From positions 1,376,001-1,440,000 of the forward strand of contig OY970320.1 of assembly GCA_963716745.1 (NCBI GenBank): 64,000 bases of DNA, given 5' to 3'. Of the stretch, positions 22,665 through 33,801 are shown piece after piece; position 1 is the first letter of the stretch, and each line of letters opens with the position of its first letter. This DNA comes from an uncultured Gemmatimonadaceae bacterium (GTDB lineage: Bacteria; Gemmatimonadota; Gemmatimonadetes; Gemmatimonadales; Gemmatimonadaceae). The notes under the pieces are model-generated. The model saw nothing but the letters and a program-made list of their open reading frames with translations, ran no database searches and was not told where the DNA came from. Made by a program: the position numbers and the translations under genes.

Positions 22665-24728
22665 GTGACGCGCCGGCATCTTCGCCCCATGCGCCGTCTC
22701 GCGGGAGTGCTCGTTTGGATCGTTGTTGCCGCGCTCGGCGCCGTCGCATTCGCCTGGATCGCGCTCGCGCACGATGAGCCCGTGAACGCCGCTTGGCTCG
22801 TCACCGCCGCCGTGTGCACGTACGCCGTGGCGTATCGCTTCTACTCCAAGTTCATCGCCGCGAAAGTGTTCGCGCTGGACGCGGCGCGCGCGACACCCGC
22901 CGTGCGCCTCGAGGACGGGCGCGACTTCGTGCCCACGAACAAGTGGATCGTGTTCGGCCATCACTTCGCCGCGATCGCCGGGCCCGGCCCACTGGTCGGC
23001 CCGACGCTCGCCGCGCAGTTCGGCTTCCTCCCAGGCGCGCTCTGGATCATCGTGGGCGTCGCGCTCGGCGGCGCGGTGCAGGACTTCGTGATCCTGTGCG
23101 CCAGCATGCGGCGCGATGCGCGATCGCTCGGACAGATGGTGAAGGATGAACTGGGCGCCGTACCCGGGTTCACCGCGCTCGTCGCGCTACTCGGCATCAT
23201 GATCGTGCTCATGTCCGTCCTGGCGCTCGTCGTGGTGAACGCCCTCAAGCAGAGTCCGTGGGGGCTCGTGACGATCGGGCTCACGATTCCGATCGCGATG
23301 CTCATGGGCGTCTACCTGCGATGGGTACGGCCGGGGCGCGTGCTCGAAGCCACGGCGATCGGCATCGCGCTGCTCGCCGCCGCACTTTTCGCGGGACGCT
23401 GGGTAGCCGAGCGGCCGGACCTCGCGCCCATGTTCACCCTGAGCGGCACGGCCATCGCGCTGCTCGTCATGGCGTACGGGTTCGCCGCGAGCGTGTTGCC
23501 GGTGTGGCTGCTGCTCGCGCCGCGCGACTACCTCTCGGCGTTCGTGAAGATCGGCGTGGTGCTGGGGCTCGCCGCGGGCATCCTGGTGGCACTGCCGCCG
23601 CTGCAGATGCCGGCGCTCACGCGATTCATCGATGGCACCGGCCCGATCTTCGCCGGAAAACTATTCCCCTTCGCGTTCATCACGATCGCGTGCGGCGCGA
23701 TCTCCGGATGGCACGCGCTCATCGCGAGTGGCACGACGCCCAAAATGATCGACCGCGAGACGGACGCGCGCTTCGTCGGCTATGGCGGCATGCTCATGGA
23801 GTCGATGGTGGCCGTGATGGCGCTCATCGCCGCATGCTCGCTCACACCCGGCACCTATTTCGCGATCAACGCGCCTGCCGCGCTGCTCGGCACCACCGCC
23901 GACAGCGCGGCGCACGCGATCGCGACGTGGGGATTCACCTTCGACCCCGAACAATTCCGCGCGCTCACCGCGCAGGTGCAGGAAGTGTCGCTGCTCTCGC
24001 GCACCGGCGGCGCGCCGAGTCTCGCCGTGGGAATGGCCGCGCTCTTCGCGACCGCGCTCGGCGGCGCCGGCACGATGGCTCTCTGGTACCACTTCGCGAT
24101 CATGTTCGAAGCGCTGTTCATCCTCACCACGATCGACGCCGGAACGCGCGTCGGACGGTTCATGCTGCAGGATCTCGGACGTCACGCGTGGGAGCCGTTC
24201 GGCCGCGTGTCATGGTATCCGGCGGTGCTGCTCTCGAGCGCGATCTTCGTGGCAATGTGGGGACATTTCCTGTACCAGGGCGTGCTCGATCCGCTGGGCG
24301 GGATCAATTCGCTCTGGCCGCTCTTCGGCATCTCGAACCAGCTGCTCGCCGGGGTCGCGCTCTGCGTGGGCACCACCGTGATCATCAATCGCGGCAAGGG
24401 GAAGTACGCGTGGGTGACCGGACTGCCGCTCGTGTGGCTCGCTACGGTCACGCTCACCGCGGGTACCGAGAAGATCTTCTCGGCGGATCCGCACCTGGGA
24501 TTCCTTGCCCACGCCGCGCAAACGGCGGCCGCGGCGCACACGGCGAGCACCGCGCGCCTCATCTTCAACGACTACTTGGACACGGCCGTCGCCGCGTTCT
24601 TCATGGCGTCGTTCGTGCTCATCCTCTGTTATTCCGTTCGCGACTGGTATCGCGCGTTCGCGGGAAACCGGCCGATCGTATCCACCGAGATACCGTTCCA
24701 ACCGCGCACAGCGTTCATGAAGGAATGA
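22665..24728 (+). CDS. cstA: Carbon starvation CstA family transporter
   Basis: FGHHFAAIAGPGPLVGP, WLLLAPRDYL, CGAISGWH, WPLFGISNQLLA; true start may be ATG 22689. Confidence 0.95.
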   Translation: MTRRHLRPMRRLAGVLVWIVVAALGAVAFAWIALAHDEPVNAAWLVTAAVCTYAVAYRFYSKFIAAKVFALDAARATPAVRLEDGRDFVPTNKWIVFGHHFAAIAGPGPLVGPTLAAQFGFLPGALWIIVGVALGGAVQDFVILCASMRRDARSLGQMVKDELGAVPGFTALVALLGIMIVLMSVLALVVVNALKQSPWGLVTIGLTIPIAMLMGVYLRWVRPGRVLEATAIGIALLAAALFAGRWVAERPDLAPMFTLSGTAIALLVMAYGFAASVLPVWLLLAPRDYLSAFVKIGVVLGLAAGILVALPPLQMPALTRFIDGTGPIFAGKLFPFAFITIACGAISGWHALIASGTTPKMIDRETDARFVGYGGMLMESMVAVMALIAACSLTPGTYFAINAPAALLGTTADSAAHAIATWGFTFDPEQFRALTAQVQEVSLLSRTGGAPSLAVGMAALFATALGGAGTMALWYHFAIMFEALFILTTIDAGTRVGRFMLQDLGRHAWEPFGRVSWYPAVLLSSAIFVAMWGHFLYQGVLDPLGGINSLWPLFGISNQLLAGVALCVGTTVIINRGKGKYAWVTGLPLVWLATVTLTAGTEKIFSADPHLGFLAHAAQTAAAAHTASTARLIFNDYLDTAVAAFFMASFVLILCYSVRDWYRAFAGNRPIVSTEIPFQPRTAFMKE

Positions 24729-24765
24729 GCGTACTAGCACGACCGTCGAAGCGTCCCTCAACCCC

Positions 24766-27123
24766 ATGAAGCCCGCCATGAAGCTCAGCCTCGCCGCTCC
24801 CATCTTCGCGCTCGTCGCCGCCGGCTCCCTCGCCGCGCAGCAGAGTGCCGACTCCTTCCCACTCACCGTGCCGAGCATCATGCGCGGCGAAGAGGTGGTC
24901 GGCCGGCCCCCTGCGCGCGTCCGATGGACCGCGGACGGCAAATGGATCTACTTCTCGTGGGTAGCGCCGGGAACGGATTGGCGTGAGCCGAACCACCCAT
25001 ATCGCATCAGGCCCGAGGCGGGCGCCAAGCCCGAGAAGATGAGCCTCGCGCACATGGATTCGGTGGGGCCATCGCTCTCGCGCGGCGAATTGTCGCCGAA
25101 CAAGCAGTGGCGCGTCGTGGAATCGAACGGCGACATCTTCCTGGTGGATCAGAAGTCCTTCCGAGTGCGCCGGCTCACGCAGACGCTCGCGCGCGAGAGC
25201 GATCCGCATTTCTACGCCACCTCGCAGACCGTGAGCTTCACGCGCGACGGCAACGCGTACTCGGTGGATCTCGTGGACGGCACCGAGCGCCAGCTCACCG
25301 ACATCCGCAGCGGCCCGGAACCAAAGGAGCCCGATGCGCCCAAGGGACAGCGCGCGGCGCTCGAGGCGCAGCAGAAATACCTGCTGCAGGTGGTGCGGGA
25401 CAAGATCCTGCAGGACTCCCTCGCGAAGATCGAGAAGAAGCTCCGCGAATCGTGGTGGCCCAAGACGATCTGGCTCGGCAAGGATGAGCGAGTGGCGTCG
25501 ATCAATGTCAGCCCAAGCGGCAAGTCGGCGGTGGTGATCACCACCATTCCGGCGGGCGACAAGGAGAAGACGACGATCGTTCCGCAGTACACCACGAAGT
25601 CGGGCTACACCGAGGACATCCGCGGCCGCGAGAAGGTGGGCGACGTGCAGGCGGGCGGGCGCATCGCGCTCGTGTCGCTGCCGTCGGGCGAGGCGAAGTG
25701 GCTCAAGGTGACGCCTGCCGACACGGTGCACATGCCGGCCGTCACGCAGATGATCGGCTGGAACAATGCCGGGACGCTGGCGCTGATCGTGGCGGTGCCT
25801 TTCGACTGGCACCAGCGGATCCTCTACACGATGACCGCCGATTCCGGCGCGCTGAAGGCGGTGGATGTGCTGAAGGACACCACGTGGGTGGACGGACCGT
25901 CGTTCGGCGACGCTGGATGGATCGACGGCGGCAAGGCGATCTGGTACGCCTCCGAGGCCGACGGGTGGGCGCACCTCTACACCATCTCGCCCGACGGCGG
26001 CAACCGGAAGCAGCTCACGAGCGGCAAGTGGGAAGTGTTGAACATCGACATGTCCGACGATCGCCAGTGGTTCTATCTCACCACGAGCGAGAAGTCGCTG
26101 TTCGAGCACCAGTTCTACCGCATGCCGGTGAACGGCGGCGCGGGCGGCGCGCGCGAGATGATCACGAGCATGGTGGGCGAGCACAGCGCCGAAGTGTCGC
26201 CCGACGGCAAGATGATCGCGGACGTGTTCTCGAGCGCGAACCGGCCGCCCGAGTTGTTCGTCATGAAGTTCGCCGCCGGCGCAGCGGAATCGCAACTCAC
26301 GACGAGCCCCACCGCGCAGTGGCTTTCGCACAAGTGGCTCAAGCCCGAGATCGTGTGGATCCCGGCGAGCGACGGCGTGAAAGTGCCGGCCCGCATCTAC
26401 CGTCCGGCGGACATGGGCGCGAAGCCGAACGGCGCCGCGGTGCTGTTCGTGCACGGCGCCGGCTATCTGCACAACGTGCACAATTGGTGGTCGAGCTATT
26501 TCCGCGAGTACATGTTCAATCAGCTGCTGGCGAGCAAAGGCTACGTGGTGCTCGACGTCGACTATCGCGCCTCCGCCGGTTACGGCCGCGATTGGCGCGT
26601 GGCGATCTGGCATCACATGGGCGGACGCGATCTGCAGGATGAAGTGGACGCGTCCAAGTATCTGCAGGCGAACTTCAGCATTCCGCCGGAACGCGTGGGC
26701 ATGTACGGCGGCAGCTACGGCGGCTTCATGACGCTCATGGCGCTCTTCACCGAGCCCAAGCATTTCGGCGCCGGCGCCGCGCTGCGCTCGGTCACGAACT
26801 GGAACAACTACAACCACTGGTACACGTCGCGCATCCTCGGCCAGCCGGATGTCGACACGGTGGCTTATCGCATCTCCTCGCCGATCTTCTTCACGCAGGG
26901 CCTCGAGCGTCCGCTGCTCCTCATGCACGGCATGATCGACACCAACGTGCACTTCCAGGACGATGTCGAGATGGTGCAGAAGCTCATCGAAGAGCAGAAG
27001 ACGGGCTGGGAGTGGCAGCCGTATCCGAACGAGGATCACGGCTTCGTTCGGCCCACGTCGTGGATGGATGAGTATCGCCGGATCCTCGAGCTGTTCGACC
27101 GGACGATCGCGGTAGGGAAGTGA
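24766..27123 (+). CDS. Secreted S9 family (dipeptidyl peptidase IV-like) peptidase
   Basis: GGSYGG nucleophile, HGMIDTNV, EDHGF; beta-propeller N-terminus; signal peptide. Confidence 0.9.
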   Translation: MKPAMKLSLAAPIFALVAAGSLAAQQSADSFPLTVPSIMRGEEVVGRPPARVRWTADGKWIYFSWVAPGTDWREPNHPYRIRPEAGAKPEKMSLAHMDSVGPSLSRGELSPNKQWRVVESNGDIFLVDQKSFRVRRLTQTLARESDPHFYATSQTVSFTRDGNAYSVDLVDGTERQLTDIRSGPEPKEPDAPKGQRAALEAQQKYLLQVVRDKILQDSLAKIEKKLRESWWPKTIWLGKDERVASINVSPSGKSAVVITTIPAGDKEKTTIVPQYTTKSGYTEDIRGREKVGDVQAGGRIALVSLPSGEAKWLKVTPADTVHMPAVTQMIGWNNAGTLALIVAVPFDWHQRILYTMTADSGALKAVDVLKDTTWVDGPSFGDAGWIDGGKAIWYASEADGWAHLYTISPDGGNRKQLTSGKWEVLNIDMSDDRQWFYLTTSEKSLFEHQFYRMPVNGGAGGAREMITSMVGEHSAEVSPDGKMIADVFSSANRPPELFVMKFAAGAAESQLTTSPTAQWLSHKWLKPEIVWIPASDGVKVPARIYRPADMGAKPNGAAVLFVHGAGYLHNVHNWWSSYFREYMFNQLLASKGYVVLDVDYRASAGYGRDWRVAIWHHMGGRDLQDEVDASKYLQANFSIPPERVGMYGGSYGGFMTLMALFTEPKHFGAGAALRSVTNWNNYNHWYTSRILGQPDVDTVAYRISSPIFFTQGLERPLLLMHGMIDTNVHFQDDVEMVQKLIEEQKTGWEWQPYPNEDHGFVRPTSWMDEYRRILELFDRTIAVGK

Positions 27124-27350
27124 CGCCAGCTGGCCTCGACCCACACGCTACACACGCCTCGCTCGGCTGGCGCGACGGACTTCGTCGCGTCAGCCGGGTG
27201 ATCCGGCGCGTGATCGGGGTGCCGGATTATGAGACGTACGTGGAGCACCGACTCGCCAGACATCCAGGAGAACCGATGCTCTCACGAGAACAATTCTCGC
27301 TCGAGCGGCAGCGCGCGCGCTATGAGTCCGTGGGCGGACGCTGCTGCTGA
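27120..27350 (+). CDS. YbdD/YjiX family CstA-associated small protein
   Basis: GVPDYETYVEH...HPGEP...GGRCC C-terminus. Confidence 0.9.
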   Translation: MTPAGLDPHATHASLGWRDGLRRVSRVIRRVIGVPDYETYVEHRLARHPGEPMLSREQFSLERQRARYESVGGRCC

Positions 27351-28534
27351 GGCGACGGCGCGACGAAGATGATGGCGGCGGTCGCGGCGCCCGCCATTGC
27401 GGCGCCGAACGCGAAGGCCGCCGGCGCACCCGCGCGATCCCAGATCGCGCCGAAGATGATCGACGCCGGCAGCGCGCCGAGCCCTAGGGCAAGATTGTAC
27501 CACCCGAACGCTGCGCCGCGGCGCGACGCGGGCACGAGATCCGCCACCAGCGCTTTCTCCACGCCCTCGGTGAGCCCGAAGTAGATCCCGTATAGCGCGA
27601 ACAGCGCCCACGCCTGCCAGGCACTCGTCGCGCGGCCGAAGAGCAGGTACACCGTGGCGTACACGGCCCATCCCGCGACGATGAGCGGCTTGCGTCCGAT
27701 GCGATCCGAGAGCGCGCCGCCTGGTACGCCGGATGCGGTCTTCACGAGATTCAGCATCGCCCAAAGGAGTGGCGCGAGCGCCACTGGCACGCCTAGCTGC
27801 GCCGCGCGCAATAACAAGAACGCGTCGGTCGAATTCCCCAGCGTGAAGAGCAGCACCACCACGAGATACGCCCAGAAGCGCGCGCCGAGTGCGCCCTGCC
27901 CCTTCTCGCGCGACGTTGGCGCGGCGACGGCGCGCGGCACATCGCGCACGCCGGCCACCGCCACGATGAGCGCGAGCAGCGCGGGGATCGCGGAGAGAAG
28001 GAACACGGTGCGCAGCGGCACATGCATCCACGTGAGCGCGGCGAAACCGATGAGCGGGCCGAGCACCGCGCCCGCGTTGTCGCTCGCGCTATGGAATCCG
28101 AACGCGCGGCCGCGGATGGACGGGTCGGCGGAGTCCGCGATGAGCGCATCGCGCGGCGAAGTTCGGATCCCCTTCCCCACGCGGTCGGTGATGCGGATCG
28201 CCGCCACCTGCGTTACGCTCTGGGCTAATCCGATGAGCGGCCGGACGAATCCCGCGAGTGCGTATCCGAACACCACCAGCGGCTTTCGTTTCGCGAAGTG
28301 ATCCGAGATCCATCCGCTCGCGAGCTTGAGCAGCGCCGCCGTGGATTCGGCCAGCCCTTCGATCACGCCCACGGCGCCCGCGCTCGCGCCGAGCACCGTG
28401 GTAAGGAAGAGCGGCACCAACGGATAGATCATCTCGCCCGAGATGTCGGTGAGGAAACTCACCGCCGAGATGGCGAGGATGTTGCGCCCGAGCTTCGCGG
28501 GCTTGGCCTCTACTGCGACAGGGCGACGCCCCAC
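27320..28534 (-). CDS. MFS transporter
   Basis: SFLTDISGEMIYP, DRVGKGIRTSPRDAL, LSDRIGRK; start approximate. Confidence 0.9.
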   Translation of the reverse strand: MGRRPVAVEAKPAKLGRNILAISAVSFLTDISGEMIYPLVPLFLTTVLGASAGAVGVIEGLAESTAALLKLASGWISDHFAKRKPLVVFGYALAGFVRPLIGLAQSVTQVAAIRITDRVGKGIRTSPRDALIADSADPSIRGRAFGFHSASDNAGAVLGPLIGFAALTWMHVPLRTVFLLSAIPALLALIVAVAGVRDVPRAVAAPTSREKGQGALGARFWAYLVVVLLFTLGNSTDAFLLLRAAQLGVPVALAPLLWAMLNLVKTASGVPGGALSDRIGRKPLIVAGWAVYATVYLLFGRATSAWQAWALFALYGIYFGLTEGVEKALVADLVPASRRGAAFGWYNLALGLGALPASIIFGAIWDRAGAPAAFAFGAAMAGAATAAIIFVAPSPQQQRPPTDS

Positions 28535-29583
28535 GGCATGCTCCCGGCGGGAATGCGGCGCACGACCGTGAGCGTGTTCGCGTCGATCACCGACACGTCG
28601 TTCGACGGCCCGTTGGCCGTGTAGATGCGTGCGCCATCCGCCGAGACGCACACGCCCCACGGCCGCTTGCCCACCGCGACCGATCCCACGGCGCTGTCGC
28701 CCTTCGTATCGATGGCAACGAGCGTGCCGCCGCGGCCGGTGGTGACGTAGAGGCGCGTGCCGTCGGGCGAGAGCGCGGTGCCCATGGGACGCACGTTCGG
28801 ACCCGTGAGCGTGATCGTGCGCTTCACGCGGCGATTGTCGGTGTCGATCACGCTCACGCTGCTCCCTTCCTCGTTCGCGACATACGCTTTGGAGCCATCG
28901 AGCGAGAAGGTCACCGAGCGCGGCCGCTTCCCGACCCCGATCGTCGCGATCACGACACGCGAATCGGTCGCGATCACGCTGATCGTGCCGTCCACCTCGT
29001 TCGTGACGTACACCTCATCGCTGTCCGGACTGATCCGCACGCCTTCGGGCTCGCGTCCCACCGGGATCGTCGCCACCGGCTTGCCGCTGATCACGTCGAG
29101 CACGGTGACCGTGGCCGCGTCCTCGTTCGCGACGTAGATGGTCTTGCCGTCGAGACTGACGTCGAAATTCTCCGGATCGATGCCGCCCGCGAGCGTCTTG
29201 CGCAACACGCGCCTCGTGAGGTCCATGAGCGCGATGCCGTCGCGGCGATGGTCCGCCGGCGGCAGCTTGCTCTCGTCCACGCCGGGTCCGCCCTTGGGCG
29301 AACCGCTCACCGCGACGATCAGCGTGCTTCCGTCGGGACTGACGCGCACGCCGCGCGGCCGGCGGCCCGGTGCCATGGAGGCGACCACGGACTCCGCGCG
29401 CACGTCGATAACCGCCACGGAGTTCCCATCCTCGTCGCTCACGTACAGGTACGGCCCGCCGCCGAGGAGAGACTTGGCGACATGCGGCGTGCGAACCGCT
29501 GTGCTGTCGTCGCCTTTCTCCCCGGACGGAGAGCAAGCCGCGAAGCATGCGGCGGCGATCGCGATGGCGGCGGCGCGCCTCAT
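28510..29583 (-). CDS. YVTN-type beta-propeller lipoprotein
   Basis: Repeats YVANE / YVTNE / SPDG; lipobox-like FAAC. Confidence 0.85.
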   Translation of the reverse strand: MRRAAAIAIAAACFAACSPSGEKGDDSTAVRTPHVAKSLLGGGPYLYVSDEDGNSVAVIDVRAESVVASMAPGRRPRGVRVSPDGSTLIVAVSGSPKGGPGVDESKLPPADHRRDGIALMDLTRRVLRKTLAGGIDPENFDVSLDGKTIYVANEDAATVTVLDVISGKPVATIPVGREPEGVRISPDSDEVYVTNEVDGTISVIATDSRVVIATIGVGKRPRSVTFSLDGSKAYVANEEGSSVSVIDTDNRRVKRTITLTGPNVRPMGTALSPDGTRLYVTTGRGGTLVAIDTKGDSAVGSVAVGKRPWGVCVSADGARIYTANGPSNDVSVIDANTLTVVRRIPAGSMPWGVALSQ

Positions 29584-31162
29584 GGATCCGAGAGTCCCAT
29601 CCCCCAGCGCGCGAGCGCCGTGGGATACGAACCGTACGTCAGCAGTTCATCGTGGAACGCGCTCAGCGAGAACTTCGTCCCGCGCGATCTGCGCGCGTCG
29701 TCGCGCAGCTGCAGGATCTCGCGCCGTCCCACCGCGTAGCAGAGTTGATATGTGGGGTACGCGCAGTAGCGGCGCGCCTCCGCGTCGGCCAGCCGCGCAT
29801 CGAAGCCGAGTTCGTCCTGGAGCATTTTGGACGCTTCCTGCCACGTCATGCCTCGCGTGTGCAGCGACACGTCGATGATGATGCGCAGCGCGCGCCAGAG
29901 CAGATGATGCGCCTGGAAGAAACGCTGCGGCGGCTCGAGGAATCCCTCGTCGGCCATCAGCGATTCACAGTAGAGCGCCCAGCCTTCGCGCGTGGCCGGC
30001 GTGGACAGGATGCGCCGAACGTTCCGCGGAAGCGAATTGCCCGTCACGATCTGCAGATGGTGCCCGGGATAACCTTCGTGCACCGCCGTGTTCGGCAGCT
30101 CGGCGCGGCAGTCCGAGCGCCACTGCTCGCCCTTGGGCGGCAGCGTCACGAAGAACAGCCCGCGCTGATCGTTGTCGAACGCGCCCGGCCCTTGGTACGC
30201 CGCATACGGCACGAGCGCGCGAAGGAATTCCGGTGTTTCGATCACGGCCAGCTCCGAGACGGGCACCTTCAAGAGCGAGCGCTTGGCTGCGAACTCGCGC
30301 GCGCTCTTCATTGCGGCGGCATATTCGGCGAGCGCCTGCTCACGCGACGGCCGGTCCTTGCGCAGCTCGATCACCAAGTCGCGCCATCTCGTGCCGGGCC
30401 GCAATTCCTGCGCGCGACGCTCCAATTCTGCGATCGCCTCGCCGCGCAGCCGTTCGCCGAAGCGGTAGAGCTGATCGGCGTTCTCCTTGAGGAGATGCCA
30501 CGTCTGCAGCTTGCGATCGAAGAGTTCGCGGCCGATCGCGTAGGTGGATCCGGCGGTCGCCTGCATCGCGGCCATCGCCTCGCCGAACGCGGCGAGCGCT
30601 TCGAGGGCCGTCTGCCTTACCACTTCGGCATCGAACGCCACGGCGAGCGCGGCCGCCTCCGTCGCCTGGCGCACGAGCACCGCGCCGCCGGGCAGCATCG
30701 CGCGCGCCATCTCGACGAAACTCACGTCGGGGCGCGTCACCGTTCTTGCGGCGCGCTCGAGGAACGCGGGCAGCGCCTCGAGACGCGCGACGAGCGCGCG
30801 CCCGCGCTGCGAAGGATCGGCGGTTGAGCGCGCGAGCAGCAGATACAGCCCGTTCAGCGCATGTGAGAGGTGGTAGCCGGGATTCCGCTCGAAGGGGCGC
30901 TCGAGATCCAGCACGAGGATCTCATGCCGCACTGCCTGGAGCGACGCGGTGCGGTCGATCTCATCCTCGAGACACGACGGCTCGAGCTCCTCCAATGCAT
31001 GTTCGTACGCCTTGAGCGCCGCGATGTGCTGCAGCACGGACGCGGTGTCCCACTGCGCGTATTCACCATCGCGTTCGCGGCGGCCGTGGTACGTCGCTTC
31101 CACCGGATTCATCGCCCAGCGAAGATCGAGGTACCCGTTCAGCACCTGGTCGAGTGCGGCGC

Positions 31163-31166
<4 letters not shown>
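29580..31166 (-). CDS. DUF885 family protein
   Basis: HEGYPGHHLQ, EGWALYCE, PTYQLCYAVG, FHDELL. Confidence 0.9.
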
Positions 31167-32413
<1,247 letters not shown>

Positions 32414-32446
32414 TGGGTGGGAATGTATGGTGGTTCGGAGCGACCG

Positions 32447-33433
32447 CTACTCCCCGTGGACCTCGCCGTTGTCGCCAATGCTCACGGCGCCGCGAACATT
32501 AACGAGCACCGCACCGTCGCCCACCATCGAATCGTGGACCGCGCAATCCTTCAGCATCGCGCGCGCACCCACGATCGAATCGCGCACGCTGCTCTTCTCG
32601 ATCACGCTGCCGGCACTCACCGATACGTTGGGCCCGACCACCGCGTTGCGGAGCACCACGCCATCCTCGAGATAGACAGGGTCGATGATCTTCGAGCCCG
32701 CCGGTATCTGTGCGGGACGGCGCGAGCGGCCCTTCTCCAGCATCACGCGGTTCGTGTCGAGGATGGTCTCGAGTTTGCCGGCGTCGTACCATCCGTCCAC
32801 GTCGACCACTCTGAGCTTCGCACCGTGGTCGATCATGTACTGGAACGCGTCGGTGAGATAGAACTCGCCCTTGTTCGGCGGGCGCTTCATGATCTCGGTG
32901 ATCCCCTCGTACAGCAGCTTCCAATTGCGGATGTAGTACAGCCCGATGTTCGCGCGCTTGGAGATGGGCGTCGATGGCTTCTCGATGATCTGCGTCATGT
33001 TGCCCGTGGCGTCGGTCACTACCACGCCGAAGCGCTGATAGTCCTCCACTTCCTTCGTCCAGATGATCCCGTCGGCGTCGGTGCGATCGATGATCGACAG
33101 GTCGGCGTCGAAGATCGTATCCACGAAGATGATGAGCACCGGCTGATCGACGAACTTCCGAGCCAGCTCCACGGCGCTCGCGGTGCCGTTCTGCACCACC
33201 TGCTCCACGAATTCGCTGGGGAAGCGCGCGCCCTCGCGCACGTAGATCTCGACGGCCTCCTTCAGGTGCCCCGTGATGTACACCACCTGTTCGACGCCGC
33301 CGAGTTTCTGGAGATCGTCCAGGATGTATTCCATCACCGGTTTCCCGGCGACGCGGAGCATCGGCTTGGGCGTCGTGTGCGTATGCGGGCGGAGCCTCGT
33401 GCCTTTGCCCGCCAGCGGGATGATCACCTTCAC
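32447..33433 (-). CDS. Sugar-phosphate nucleotidyltransferase
   Basis: PLAGKGTRLRPHT...PKP, IEKP, GEFYLTDA; C-terminal hexapeptide repeats. Confidence 0.9.
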   Translation of the reverse strand: MKVIIPLAGKGTRLRPHTHTTPKPMLRVAGKPVMEYILDDLQKLGGVEQVVYITGHLKEAVEIYVREGARFPSEFVEQVVQNGTASAVELARKFVDQPVLIIFVDTIFDADLSIIDRTDADGIIWTKEVEDYQRFGVVVTDATGNMTQIIEKPSTPISKRANIGLYYIRNWKLLYEGITEIMKRPPNKGEFYLTDAFQYMIDHGAKLRVVDVDGWYDAGKLETILDTNRVMLEKGRSRRPAQIPAGSKIIDPVYLEDGVVLRNAVVGPNVSVSAGSVIEKSSVRDSIVGARAMLKDCAVHDSMVGDGAVLVNVRGAVSIGDNGEVHGE

Positions 33434-33801
33434 GGCGCGCTCGTCCCCTGCCGCCCGTAGCGGTCGGTGAGACGCACGACGTCATCCAGCTCCGGCGTGC
33501 TCGCTTCGAGCACATCGCAGTCGGTGATCGCTTCCATGTAATGGATCGTGTTCGGCGTGATGCGGTACGCGTCGCCCTCCTTCAGGCGCACGTCGGTCAT
33601 CTCCTCACCGATCTTCACGCGGTAGCTCAGCTCGCCGCGCAGCAGGTACACGGTCTCGTCCTTGCGTTCATGATATTGCACCGAGAGCGCGTGGCCGGCG
33701 TTGATGTGCAGGATCTTGCCCACGTAACGCTCGGTGTGCGCCCAGATGATCTCGTAGCCCCACGGCTTGGGGACGCGTTTCACATTGGCGGGTCCGGTCA
33801 C
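33430..33801 (-). CDS. Cupin domain protein (mannose-6-phosphate isomerase-like)
   Basis: KPWGYE, LSVQYHERKDET, EASTPELDDVVR. Confidence 0.85.
   Translation of the reverse strand: MTGPANVKRVPKPWGYEIIWAHTERYVGKILHINAGHALSVQYHERKDETVYLLRGELSYRVKIGEEMTDVRLKEGDAYRITPNTIHYMEAITDCDVLEASTPELDDVVRLTDRYGRQGTSAP

Noticed and set aside
27342..27400. Selenocysteine read-through of the TGA in the YbdD/YjiX gene
   Set aside because: The protein already ends in the family's terminal CC, and the sequence after TGA is the convergent MFS coding region with no convincing SECIS.
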